DNA of 64,000 nucleotides from Malacoraja senta (taxonomy: Eukaryota). The DNA lies in contig JAXLNO010000087.1 in the NCBI GenBank assembly GCA_038087875.1, positions 186,001 to 250,000 on the forward strand. Reading direction: 5' to 3'. A program made the translations under genes and the position numbers. The stretch's first letter is position 1; the number at the start of each line of letters is the position of its first letter. Shown here piece by piece: positions 1 to 11,295 of this stretch. Under the pieces are notes generated by a model that was not told the DNA's origin, did not search any database, and saw nothing but the letters and a program-made list of their open reading frames with translations.

Positions 1-1055
1 GGTTGTTGCTGTCTTCAGGCTCCTGTACCTTCTACCTGAAGGTAGCAGGGAGATGAGTGTGTGGCAAGGATGGTGTGGGTCTTTGATGATACTGCCAGCC
101 TTTTTGAGGCAGCGACTGCGATAAATCCCCTCGATGGAAGGAAGGTCAGAGCCGATGATGGACTGGGCAGTGTTTACTACTTTTTGTAGTCTTTTCCTCT
201 CCAGGGCGCTCAAGTTGCCGAACCAAGCCACGATGCAACCGGTCTGCATGCTCTCTACTGTGCACCTGTAGAAGTTAGAGAGAGTCCTCCTTAACACACC
301 GACTCTCCATAGTCTTCTCAGGAAGTAGAGGCGCTGATGAGCTTTCTTGATAATTGCATTAGTGTTCTAGGACCAGGAAAGATCTTCAGAGATGTGCACC
401 CCCAGGAATTTGAAGCTCTTGACCCTTTCAACCATCGACCCGTTGATATAAACGGGACTGTGGGTCCCCATCCTACTCCTTCCAAAGTCCACAATCAGTT
501 CCTTGGTTTTGCTGGTGTTGAGGGCCAGGTTATTGTGCTGGCACCATATGGACAGTTGCTCGATCTCTCTTCTATACTCTGACTCATCCCCATCAGTGAT
601 ACGTCCCACCACAGTGGTGTCATCAGCGAACTTGATGATGGAGTTCGCACTGTGACCGGCTGCGCAGTCATGAGTATAGAGTGAGTACAGCAGGGGGCTG
701 AGCACGCAGCCTTGAGGTGCTCCCGTGCTAATTGTTATCGAGGCTGACACATTTCCACCAATACGAACAGACTGTGGTCTGTGAATGAGGATGTCGAGGA
801 TCCAATTGCAGAGGGATGCGCAGAGACCCAGTTCTGCGAGTTTGGTAACCAGCTTGGAGGGGATGATTGTGTTAAATGCTGAGCTGTAATCGATGAATAA
901 CAGCCTGACATATGAGTTTTTGTTGTCCAAGTGGTCCAGAGCGGAGTGGAGGGCCAGCGAGATCGCATCCACCGTTGATCTGTTGTGGCGGTAAGCGAAC
1001 TGCAGTGGGTCCAGGTTTTTGTCGAGGTAGGAGTTGATTTGCTCCATGATCAACC
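1..1055 (-). mobile_element. 5'-truncated Rex1/Babar-type non-LTR retrotransposon (RT and C-terminus), running off the window
   Basis: ORF 367-1053 contains [33 protein letters not shown] and KFADDTT. The frame continues past a stop as QRLYFLRRL...LPSGRRYRS. Confidence 0.9.
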
Positions 1056-1211
1056 TCCATAGCCAACATACAGATCCTGAAAATGAATATGTTTAAAAAT
1101 AAACAAGATTCTGCTGAACAAAGAACATATCCATTGAATACTTTGTGATTGTCACTATGGAAAGTATTTTGGCCTTCATCTAATTAATCACTGTGAAGTA
1201 AAATGTACACA

Positions 1212-1395
1212 CAGGAACTGCAGATGCTAGAATCCTGCATAGAACACAAAATGCTGCAGGAATTCAGTGGGTCAGGCAGTATCTCTGGAGGACATGGATA
1301 GGTGACATTTTGAAAAGAACCGTACCCAGAACGTCACCTATCCATGTCCTTCATAGATGCTGCCTGGACCGCTGAGTAACTCCAGCACTTTGTAT
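1212..1395. mobile_element. Penelope-derived palindromic element (inverted arms)
   Basis: Arm tcagtgggtcaggcagtatctctggaggacatggataggtgac is mirrored by gtcacctatccatgtccttcatagatgctgcctggaccgctgag. Confidence 0.65.
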
Positions 1396-1621
1396 TCTAG
1401 TCAAAGGCAAGACTAGCAGTTGGAAACAACAAGATATGTGAGGGGTTTTGACTCGGCACACATTACAAAAGCACAAGGATGCTGATGTGAATAGTGACAG
1501 CACACTTAACACCTACTGTTGCATAAGCAGTATTTTTACGGCACTCAAGCTACTGTACTGCTGCATCACTTCCATGGTGTCAGGTCATTTGGATTCCTTG
1601 AGAGAAGACTAATACACTCAC

Positions 1622-1858
1622 CTGAAAATAGTCACACTGATGATCCCGTGGCAGGGAGCAAGTGTAGAATTGCCTCCCTTTATTGTCACCCTCTTTTCTG
1701 ACTACTCTCAGTTCACAGGGGCGACTGTGTTTTTTCAACGTGCCAATCTATACACCTTTCATTTCCCCATATTAAACAGCATCAGATCTTTCGTTAGGTT
1801 ATCCAGGTCAAAATGTTTTGATAACATATACCATCCCCAAAACAATGGTCAACTGACC
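1622..1858 (-). pseudogene. NEIL3: NEIL3 exon 9 (first GRF zinc finger), 1-bp deletion near 1736; acceptor uncertain (1747 or 1858)
   Basis: Reads KKHSRPCELRVVRKEGDNKGRQFYTCSLPRDHQCDYFQ|gtgagt. The upstream TTG GCA CGT TG- lacks one base of the first Cys codon. Confidence 0.85.
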
Positions 1859-2387
1859 CTGCATATACAAATTTGTATATATTATCCAATGTTATCCATT
1901 TAGTAGTTCTCCAATCTATCGTTGGCAACCTCTTGAGTTTAGGTTTATTATCAGCACATGTACTGAGGTACTGAAAAGCTTCCTCTCCACATCCACTCTA
2001 TCCAAGCCTTTCACTATTCGGTCAATTTCAACGAGGTCCCCCCTCATTTTTCAAAACTGCAGATTTTATCATTATAAAAGAAAAAATTGCTTGCTATTGA
2101 TTTAAGTTATCAAGAGGTACACAAAGATCAACTAAGCAGTTTGCTGATTAAGCATAGTAAATTAATTAAAATTCCACTAGCAGTGAGAAATGGAGAATGT
2201 AATGATGCACCAGGCACGATATTACCTGGAACGTGGCGAGAGCAGTTATGAAAGGATGGGCAGAATTTCCCTAGAGAAAATTCAAAATGTTACATGTGTT
2301 CAAAGCAGTTAACTTAAATACAGATACTGCCAAGAGGTTTTCATGCACCTGAGGTTTAACTTTAAACAGTTAGATTTATCGGCATAC

Positions 2388-2773
2388 CTGAAGTCAGAAA
2401 CTGCAGAATTTGTGTTGAAATGATGGTACTTCTTCATTTTTTTGGGAGGCCGACAAAATGAACGGTCGGTATAACTAGATGACGTTGAATTGGCAGTCGC
2501 ATGATTGGCAAATTTATTAAAACTACTTTTTATCTGATGGTTAGAATTCAACGTATTTGCAGTGCAATTCTCAACCACGGCTAGAAATGAAGGATTCCCA
2601 TCTGGTGATAACAGGACTCTTCTGGGAGCTCCTAAGTGACGTCAGGACCAGTGTCGTCACACCAAACGCTGCTCTGCGATTGAGCTTCAATTCCACGAGG
2701 GGTTTACCAAACTTGTTACATTGGTACTTTATGAGATTCATATAAAAACCAAACTTCTGAGGTGATGCTGCCT
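2388..2773 (-). pseudogene. NEIL3: NEIL3 exon 8, resident copy, 41-bp frameshifting deletion near 2612
   Basis: tttttag|AG GCA... reads FYMNLIKYQCNKFGKPLVELKLNRRAAFGVTTLVLTSLRSSQKSP, then shifts to a stop. Donor is TTCAG|gtatgc. The duplicated copies retain the missing 41 nt. Confidence 0.88.
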
Positions 2774-3009
2774 CTAAAAATAAAAACAGTTAATATTACT
2801 CATCATAAATCATTTGCAGAATCACTAAAAAGAGAGGTATTGTTGTTAGATGAGATATTCAAGTTTAACATCGTAGGAATATTAAGCGATTTCGATTTGA
2901 TCTGAAACTTAAATTTTCTTATGGAAGTGGAAAGGTATTTTTAACTGATTTACCCACTAAGCCATTTAACGAAATTCATTGTATACCTAAGCTCACTAAA
3001 CTTTCAGCT

Positions 3010-3160
3010 TTGTTTAGATTAGTGATACAGCATGGAAACAGGCCCTTCAGCCCAAACCGACCTGTTCATACTAGTTCTGTTATCGCACTTTCTCATCCAC
3101 TCACTATACACTAGGGTCAATTTAAAGAGGGCAGATTAACCTGCAAACCTGCACGTGTTT
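3010..3160 (-). mobile_element. SINE 3' half with CR1-like tail (HE1/V-SINE-like)
   Basis: Minus-strand tail gggctgaagggcctgtttccatgctgtatc resembles elasmobranch CR1-dependent SINE tails. Confidence 0.6.
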
Positions 3161-3189
3161 GGGGTGGCCTTTATAACAAGGCCACCCCA

Positions 3190-3829
3190 CATGTTGGCCT
3201 TTATAACAAGAGGAATCAAAAATGGGAGCAAAGAGGTCCTTCTGCAGTTGTACAGATCCTTAGTGAGATCACATCTGGAGTATTGTGTGCAGTTTTGGTC
3301 CCCTAATATGAGGAAGGACATTCTTGCTATTGAAGGAGTGCAGCGTAGGTTTACAAGGTTAATTCCCGGGTTGGCGGGACTGTCATATGCTGAGAGAATG
3401 GAGCAGCTGGGCTTGTACACTCTGGAGTTTAGAAGGATGAGAGGGCATCTCATTGATACATATAAGATTGTTATGGGCTTGGACACGCTAGAAGCAGGAA
3501 ACATGTTCCCGATGTTGGGGGAGTCCAGAACCAGGGGCCACAGTTTAAGAAAAAGGAATAAGCCATTTAGAACGGAGATGAGGAAACACTTTTTCTCACA
3601 GTGTGTGGTGAGTCTGTGGAATTCTCTGCCTCAGAGGGCGGTGGAGGCAGGTTCTCTGGATGCTTTCAAGAGAGAGCTAGATGGGGCTCTTAAAAATAGC
3701 GAAGTCAGGGGATATGGGGAGAAGGCAGGATCGGGGTACTGATTGAGGATGATCAGCCATGATCACATTGAATGGCCGTGCTGGCGCGAAGGGCCGAATG
3801 GCCTACTCCTGCACCTATTGTCTATTGTT
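3190..3829 (+). mobile_element. CR1/HER1 LINE 3' fragment (RT C-terminus and 3'UTR). Co-amplified copies at ~7453-8091, 11609-12248, 19520-20157 and 24070-24710.
   Basis: LYRSLVRSHLEYCVQFWSP, LEFRRMRG, RTRGHSL and FFSQRVV..WNSLP motifs; tail gggccgaatggcctactcctgcacctattgtctattg. Confidence 0.92.
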
Positions 3830-3965
3830 GAACGTTACATTTGTAACAGTAATAAACCTCTTGAAAAAGCCATGGGACGTGAAGACATTAAATGAAATGT
3901 ACAAGTTAAATCAATAATAAATAGGTATGACTAAAATAGGGTTGACCCATTATAAACGCACTTAC

Positions 3966-4135
3966 TGGCAGGCCTCTGTGTTAAACAGGCATCACATGAT
4001 TTGGCTGCTGGTGCATTGATTAGAGTACAAAGCTGACACGTCCACTCTTCCTCTTCTTGTTTGGCAATGGTATCTGTAGACTGACCTGGAGAGCCCTGTG
4101 CCCAAGTGACCAGGCTATTCCGTTGAGGAAAATTA
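3966..4135 (-). pseudogene. NEIL3: NEIL3 exon 7 (170 nt, RanBP2-type zinc finger), resident copy, open frame
   Basis: aaacag|T AAT TTT CCT... reads NFPQRNSLVTWAQGSPGQSTDTIAKQEEEEWTCQLCTLINAPAAKSCDACLTQRPA, then |gtaagt. Confidence 0.92.
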
Positions 4136-4199
4136 CTGTTTAGAATCAAAATTTGTTTAGGCTCAGCTTTGCATGTTATCCAATCTGATTAGATAATAC

Positions 4200-4637
4200 T
4201 AGACATAAATACAATCAAGTCAAACTTAAATACAACAGATAGAGCAAAGGGGAAGATACAGAGTGCAGAATATAGTTCTCAGCATTGTAGCGCATCAGTT
4301 CCAGAAACAAAGGCCAATGTCCGCAATGGGGTAGAGGTGAATTGGACAGTAGCCCAGCCTGATAACAGAGGGAAAGAAGCTATTCCCGAGTCTGGTGGTG
4401 CACACTTTCTTCTGTATCTCCTGCCTGACGAGAGCAGGGAGATGAAGGAATAACCAGGATGGAAAAGGTCTTTGATAACATTGGCTGCCTTCCTGACGGA
4501 GAGTGAAGAGTAGATTGAGTTAATGGTGGGAAATCTGGTCAGTGTGATGGACTGGCGGCATCTACAACTCTCTGCGATGTGTTGTGATCTTGGACAGAGT
4601 TGTTCCCAAACCAAGATGTGATGGTACCCGACAGTAT
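4200..4637 (-). mobile_element. Rex-Babar-like LINE 3' fragment, present in each amplified unit
   Basis: Degenerate IKDLFHPGYSFISLLSSGRRYR..NSFFPSVIRL plus 3'UTR. Confidence 0.75.
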
Positions 4638-4845
4638 GTGCGCAAGTTAGACGAGCACCTCATATTTCGCTTGAGTAGTTTGCACCCCAACGGCATGAAC
4701 GTTGACTTCACTAATTTTAGATAGCCCTTGCTTTCTCACTCCTTCCCAGTTCTTCCACATCCTATTGTCTCCGCCTACTTCTTTCCTTCTCTCCATAGAC
4801 GCTGCCGCACCCACTGAGTTTCTCCAGCATTTTTTGTCTACCTTA
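4638..4845 (+). mobile_element. Penelope-like element 3' fragment, present in each unit
   Basis: Encodes RKL(E/D)EHLIFRLSSLHPNGMNVDFTNFR*, like the C-terminus of the Penelope GIY-YIG domain. Followed by the gctgccgcacccactgagtttctccagc repeat. Confidence 0.7.
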
Positions 4846-5204
4846 GTATGTTTTCTATATTCATTGGTGACTCGGACTATCTTTGATCAAAATTTGCTGG
4901 CTTAACCTTGTGCTAAACGTTATTCCCTTACCATGTATCCATACACTGTAATGGTTGTAATAATGTATTGTCTTTCTGCTGACTGGTTAGCACGCAGTTA
5001 GAAGTTTTTTACTGTACCTCGGTACACGTGACAATAAACTAAACTGAACTATAGTGTATGTGTAGATGTTTGAGAAAGTCATTGGAGACATGAAAAATGT
5101 CCTCACTCCTCAGGAAGTAGAGTCTATTGTGTGTCTTTTTGGCTGTTGCATCAGTGGGTCTTGGTTCATGTTAAAAGCCTAAATAATGCCATAGATATTA
5201 AAGT

Positions 5205-5352
5205 TAGATTTAGCTCTTAGGGCTAAGGGAATCAAGGGACATGGGGCGGGGAAGCCAGAACTGGGTACTGATTGGGGATGATCAGCCATGATCACATTGA
5301 ATGGCTGTTCTCGTCGAAGGGCCGAATGGCCTACTCCTGCACCTATTTTCTA
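5205..5352 (+). mobile_element. CR1 3' tail fragment, present in each unit
   Basis: ggggatgatcagccatgatcacattgaatgg...gggccgaatggcctactcctgcacctattttcta. Confidence 0.8.
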
Positions 5353-5664
5353 AAACAGATTGTTCAGAAAAGAAAATGCTATTCCCCTTATAACCTTATG
5401 GGAAAAGTGTCAGAATTTAAGATTTTATTTCAATAACAGCGTGCTTATTTACACTGTATTCACAGACAATGCAATAGAGTTTAGAAATAAAGACACCACC
5501 GTGTCCACCAACTCCAGAGCCAAATATAAAACTCAGCCGGCCGGGCGGCACCTGCGAGGGAACGGACCAGGAGCCGCCCCGGGCCAGGGCTCCCCCCCAA
5601 CAGAAAGGAACCGCAGATGCAGCCGTCCCTGTAAAACGCCAAATAATTCCGGGAATGCCGAGGC

Positions 5665-5840
5665 AAGAGGGTGAGAGAGAGGGAGTGAGAGAGTAAGAGA
5701 GAGAGAGAGAGACGAGATAGGGAGCGTGAGAGAGAGCGCGCGAGAGAGAGGGAGGGAGAGAGCGAAAGACAGAGAGGCACAGCGAGAGAGGGAGAGAGCG
5801 AGGGAGAGAGGGGAGAGAGACAGAGAGCGAGACAGAGGGA
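5665..5840. repeat. GA-rich low-complexity tract, present in each unit
   Basis: Imperfect (GA)n. Source of the spurious SL-rich ORFs. Confidence 0.9.
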
Positions 5841-6119
5841 CACCAGCCCCCCAACTCCAAGCACCGCGGCAAACCAACGCCAACACCAGCCGCTAACCCC
5901 CTAACACTCATCTTGAAACCCAAAACACCAATGGATTTAATCTGTTACAATCCCCAGAGGTACAGCATGACCCTTCCCATTCCTGCATTTTCCAAGCAGC
6001 AAGATCCCAAGTCAACCCCACAGGGCCACCACCCCTCCATTGGCGTGGCATGCCAACGAAACAGGAAGTTGAGCCGATCCCGGCCGCTCCTACCTGCCCG
6101 CTGAACCTCGGCCGGTACA

Positions 6120-6267
6120 GCGGTGACTCATTGTTACGATTATCTTTGGTCGATTTTGCCTTGTTAAATACGGACTTTAAATAAATCTGTATTTAACAAC
6201 ACAAAATCGCACATCTTATCGCATTTCCGTATAAAATCCGGAAAATCCATACTATTTGGCAGCTCTG
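6120..6267. mobile_element. Possible end of a hAT/Tip100-like non-autonomous DNA transposon
   Basis: Terminus ...aaatccgtactatttggcagctctg (reverse complement CAGAGCTGCCAA) with repeated AAATCCG subterminal motifs. Partner TIR not found. Confidence 0.35.
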
Positions 6268-6394
6268 CAAGGACTGAAGCAGGCCTCTGAATATACAATT
6301 TTTCAACAAAGTAAAACAGGCAAACCAATTAAGGTACCCTAAGTGGTGATGCAAATGCCATCACAACCGTTTGAATGCATACAGATTGATCGAG

Positions 6395-7139
6395 CCGCTA
6401 AACCCCAATGCCAGCTGCTGAACCCCAGCGCCAGCCGCTGAACCTCAACGCCAGCCGCTAAACCTCAACGCCAGCCGCTAAACCTCAACGCCAGCCGCTA
6501 AACCCCAACGCCAGCCGCTAAACCCCAAAGCCAGCCGTTAAACCTCAACGCCAGCCGCTGATCCCCAACGCCAGCCGCGAAAGCTCAACGCCAGTCACTA
6601 AACCCCAACGACAGCCGCAAATCCCAACGGCAGCCGCAAATCCCAACGGCAGCCGCTAAACCACAAAACCGGCCGCTAAACCTCAACGCCGGCCGCTAAA
6701 CCACAACGCCGGCCGCTAAACAACAAGGCCGGCCGCTGCACCTCAACGCCTGCCGCTGCACCCCACCTGCCGCTGCACCCCAACGCCAGCCGCTCAACCC
6801 CAACACCAGCCGCTAAACCCCAAAGCCAGCCAATAACCCCCAAAGCCAGCCACTAACCCCCAACGCCAGCCGCTAAACACCAACAGCGGCCGTTAAACAT
6901 CAACGGCAGCTGCTCAACCCCAACGCCAGCCGCTCAACCCCAACGCCAGCCGCTAAACCCCAACGCCAGCCGCTAAACCCCAAAGCCAGCCGTTAAACCT
7001 CAACGCCAGCCGCTGATCCCCAACGCCAGCCGCGAAAGCTCAACGCCAGTCACTAAACCCCAACGACAGCCGCAAATCCCAACGGCAGCCGCAAATCCCA
7101 ACGGCAGCCTCTAAACCACAAAACCGGCTGCTAAACCTC
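6395..7139. repeat. 20-bp satellite block 1
   Basis: Tandem AACCCCAACGCCAGCCGCTA variants. Confidence 0.95.
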
Positions 7140-10100
7140 ATACGGTATAACTAGATGACGTTGAATTGGCAGTCGCATGATTGGCAAATTTATAAAAACT
7201 ACTTTTTATCTGATGGTTAGAATTCAACGTATTTGCAGAGCAATTCTCAACCACGGCTAGAAATGAAGGATTCCCATCTGGTGATAACGTGTTCCCTTTC
7301 ACTTCATTTCCTGCAGAGGAACAGGACGCAGGACTCTTCTGGGAGCTCCTAAGTGACGTCAGGACCAGTGTCGTCACACCAAATTTAAAGAGGGCAGATT
7401 AACCTGCAAACCTGCACGTGTTTGGGGTGGCCTTTATAACAAGGCCACCCCACATGTTGGCCTTTATAACAAGAGGAATCGAATATGGGAGCAAAGAGGT
7501 CCTTCTGCAGTTGTACAGATCCTTAGTGAGATCACATCTGGAGTATTGTGTGCAGTTTTGGTCCCCTAATATGAGGAAGGACATTCTTGCTATTGAAGGA
7601 GTGCAGCGTAGGTTTACAAGGTTAATTCCCGGGTTGGCGGGACTGTCATATGCTGAGAGAATGGAGCAGCTGGGCTTGTACACTCTGGAGTTTAGAAGGA
7701 TGAGAGGGTATCTCAGTGAAACATATAAGATTGTTATGGGCTTGGACACGCTAGAGGCAGGAAACATGTTCCCGATGTTGGGGGAGTCCAGAACCAGGGG
7801 CCACAGTTTAAGAAAAAGGAATAAGCCATTTAGAACGGAGATGAGGAAACACTTTTTCTCACAGAGAGTGGTGAGTCTGCGGAATTCTCTGCCTCAGAGG
7901 GCAGTGGAGGCAGGTTCTCTGGATGCTTTCAAGAGAGAACTAGATGGGGCTCTTAAAAATAGCGAAGTCAGGGGATATGGGGAGAAGGCAGGATCGGGGT
8001 ACTGATTGGGGATGATCAGCCATGATCACATTGAATGGCCGTGCTGGCTCGAAGGGCCGAATGGCCTACTCCTGCACCTATTGTCTATTGTTGAACGTTA
8101 CATTTGTAACAGTAATAAACCTCTTGAAAAAGCCATGGGACGTGAAGACATTAAATGAAATGTACAAGTTAAATCAATAATAAATAGGTATGACTAAAAT
8201 AGGGTTGACCCATTATAAACACACTTACTGGCAGGCCTCTGTGTTAAACAGGCATCACTGATTTGGCTGCTGGTGCATTGATTAGAGTACAAAGCTGACA
8301 CGTTGTAGCGCATCAGTTCCAGAAACAAAGGCCAATGTCCGCAATGGGGTAGAGGTGAATTGGACAGTAGCCCAGCCTGATAACAGAGGGAAAGAAGCTA
8401 TTCCCGAGTCTGGTGGTGCACACTTTCTTCTGTATCTCCTGCCTGACGAGAGCAGGGAGATGAAGGAATAACCAGGATGGAAAAGGTCTTTGATAACATT
8501 GGCTGCCTTCCTGATGGAGAGTGAAGAGTAGATTGAGTTAATGGTGGGAAATCTGGTCAGTGTGATGGACTGGCGGCATCTACAACTCTCTGCGATGTGT
8601 TGTGATCTTGGACAGAGTTGTTCCCAAACCAAGATGTGATGGTACCCGACAGTATGTGCGCAAGTTAGAGGAGCACCTCATATTTCGCTTGAGTAGTTTG
8701 CACCCCAACGGCATGAACGTTGACTTCACTAATTTTAGATAGCCCTTGCTTTCTCACTCCTTCCCAGTTCTTCCACGTCCTACTGTCTCCGCCTACTTCT
8801 TTCCTTCTCTCCATAGACGCTGCCGCACCCACTGAGTTTCTCCAGCATTTTTTGTCTACCTTAGTATGTTTTCTATATTCATTGGTGATTCGGACTATCT
8901 TTGATCAAAATTTGCTGGCTTAACCTTGTGCTAAACGTTATTCCCTTACCATGTATCCATACACTGTAATGGTTGTAATAATGTATTGTCTTTCTGCTGA
9001 CTGGTTAGCACGCAGTTAGAAGTTTTTTACTGTACCTCGGTACACGTGACAATAAACTAAACTGAACTATAGTGTATGTGTAGATGTTTGAGAAAGTCAT
9101 TGGAGACATGAAAAATGTCCTCACTCCTCAGGAAGTAGAGTCTATTGTGTGTCTTTTTGGCTGTTGCATCAGTGGGTCTGGTTCATGTTAAAAGCCTAAA
9201 TAATGCCATAGATATTAAAGTTAGATTTAGCTCTTAGGGCTAAGGGAATCAAGGGACATGGGGCGGGGAAGCCAGAACTGGGTACTGATTGGGGATGATC
9301 AGCCATGATCACATTGAATGGCGGTTCTCGTCGAAGGGCCGAATGGCCTACTCCTGCACCTATTTTCTAAAACAGATTGTTCAGAAAAGAAAATGCTATT
9401 CCCCTTATAACCTTATGGGAAAAGTGTCAGAATTTAAGATTTTATTTCAATAACAGCGTGCTTATTTACACTGTATTCACAGACAATGCAATAGAGTTTA
9501 GAAATAAAGACACCACCGTGTCCACCAACTCCAGATCCAAATATAAAACTCAGCCGGCCGGGCGGCACCTGCGAGGGAACGGACCAGGAGCCGCCCCGGG
9601 CCAGGGCTCCACCCCAACAGAAAGGAACCGCAGATGCAGCCGTCCCTGTAAAACGCCAAATAATTCCGGGAATGCTGAGGCAAGAGGGTGAGAGAGAGGG
9701 AGTGAGAGAGTAAGAGAGAGAGAGAGAGACGAGATAGGGAGCGTGAGAGAGAGCGCGCGAGAGAGAGGGAGGGAGAGAGCGAAAGACAGAGAGACACAGC
9801 GAGAGAGGGAGAGAGCGAGGGAGAGAGGGGAGAGAGACAGAGAGCGAGACAGAGGGACACCAGCCCCCCAACTCCAAGCACCGCGGCAAACCAACGCCAA
9901 CACCAGCCGCTAGCCCCCTAACACTCATCTTGAAACCCAAAACACCAATGGATTTAATCTGTTACAATCCCCAGAGGTACAGCATGACCCTTCCCATTCC
10001 TGCATTTTCCAAGCAGCAAGATCCCAAGTCAACCCCACAGGGCCACCACCCCTCCATTGGCGAGTGGCATGCCAACGAAACAGGAAGTTGGGCCGATCCC

Positions 10101-10410
10101 GGACGCTCCTACCTGCCCGCTGAACCTCGGCCGGTACAGCGGTGACTCATTGTTACGATTATCTTTGGTCGATTTTGCCTTGTTAAATACGGACTTTAAA
10201 TAAATCTGTATTTAACAACACAAAATCGCACATCTTATCGCATTTCCGTATAAAATCCGGAAAATCCGTACTATTTGGCAGCTCTGCAAGGACTGAAGCA
10301 GGCCTCTGAATATACAATTTTTCAACAAAGTAAAACAGGCAAACCAATTAAGGTACCCTAAGTGGTGATGCAAATGCCATCACAACTGTTTGAATGCATA
10401 CAGATTGATC
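7140..10410. repeat. Amplified unit, direct copy 1
   Basis: Near-identical to 2467-6394 but lacking ~2667-3120 and ~4040-4283. Confidence 0.92.
8229..8302 (-). pseudogene. NEIL3: Duplicated NEIL3 exon 7, truncated, with 1-bp deletion
   Basis: Matches 3966-4040. Junction gctgacacg|ttgtagcgc deletes the rest of the exon and its acceptor. catcactgat replaces catcacatgat. Confidence 0.85.
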
Positions 10411-11295
10411 GAGCCGCTAAACCCCAATGCCAGCTGCTGAACCCCAGCGCCAGCCGCTGAACCTCAACGCCAGCCGCTAAACCTCAACGCCAGCCGCTAA
10501 ACCTCAACGCCAGCCGCTAAACCGCAACGCCAGCCGCTAAATCCCAACGCCAGCCGCTCAACCCCAACGCCAGCCGCTCAACCCCAACGCCAGCCGCTAA
10601 ACCCCAACGCCAGCCGCTAAACCCCAAAGCCAGCCGTTAAACCTCAACGCCAGCCGCTGATCCCCAACGCCAGCCGCGAAAGCTCAACGCCAGTCACTAA
10701 ACCCCAACGACAGCCGCAAATCCCAACGGCAGCCGCAAATCCCAACGGCAGCCGCTAAACCACAAAACCGGCCGCTAAACCTCAACGCCGGCCACTAAAC
10801 CACAACGCCGGCCGCTAAACAACAAGGCCGGCCGCTGCACCTCAACGCCTGCCGCAGCACCCCACCTGCCGCTGCACCCCACCTGCCGCTGCACCCCAAC
10901 GCCAGCCGCTCAACCCCAACACCAGCCGCTAACCCCCAACGCCAGCCGCTCACCCCCAACGCCAGCCGCTCACCCCCAACGCCAGCCAATAACCCCCAAA
11001 GCCAGCCACTAACCCCCAACGCCAGCCGCTAAACACCAACAGCGGCCGTTAAACATCAACGGCAGCTGCTCAACCCCAACGCCAGCCGCTCAACCTCAAC
11101 GCCAGCCGCTAAACCCCAATGCAAGCCGCTAAACCCCAAAGCCAGCCGTTAAACCTCAACGCCAGCCGCTGATCCCCAACGCCAGCCGCGAAAGCTCAAC
11201 GCCAGTCACTAAACCCCAACGACAGCCGCAAATCCCAACGGCAGCCGCAAATCCCAACGGCAGCCTCTAAACCACAAAACCGGCTGCTAAACCTC
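10411..11295. repeat. 20-bp satellite block 2
   Basis: Same variant order as block 1. Confidence 0.95.

Noticed and set aside
1743..1919. ccaatctat direct repeat as TSD of an insertion in exon 9
   Set aside because: The intervening sequence has no element hallmarks and contains a plausible in-phase acceptor at 1858; likely coincidence
3155..3742. Multi-copy 195-aa gene family
   Set aside because: A truncated CR1 RT C-terminus, passively co-duplicated and frameshifted in copy 4
5360..5923. 104-168-aa ORFs in each unit
   Set aside because: Overlap GA low-complexity and GC-rich non-coding sequence; no recognisable domain
5355..6388. acagattg 8-bp repeat as a hAT TSD
   Set aside because: Does not abut the TIR-like end at 6267, and no matching left TIR was found
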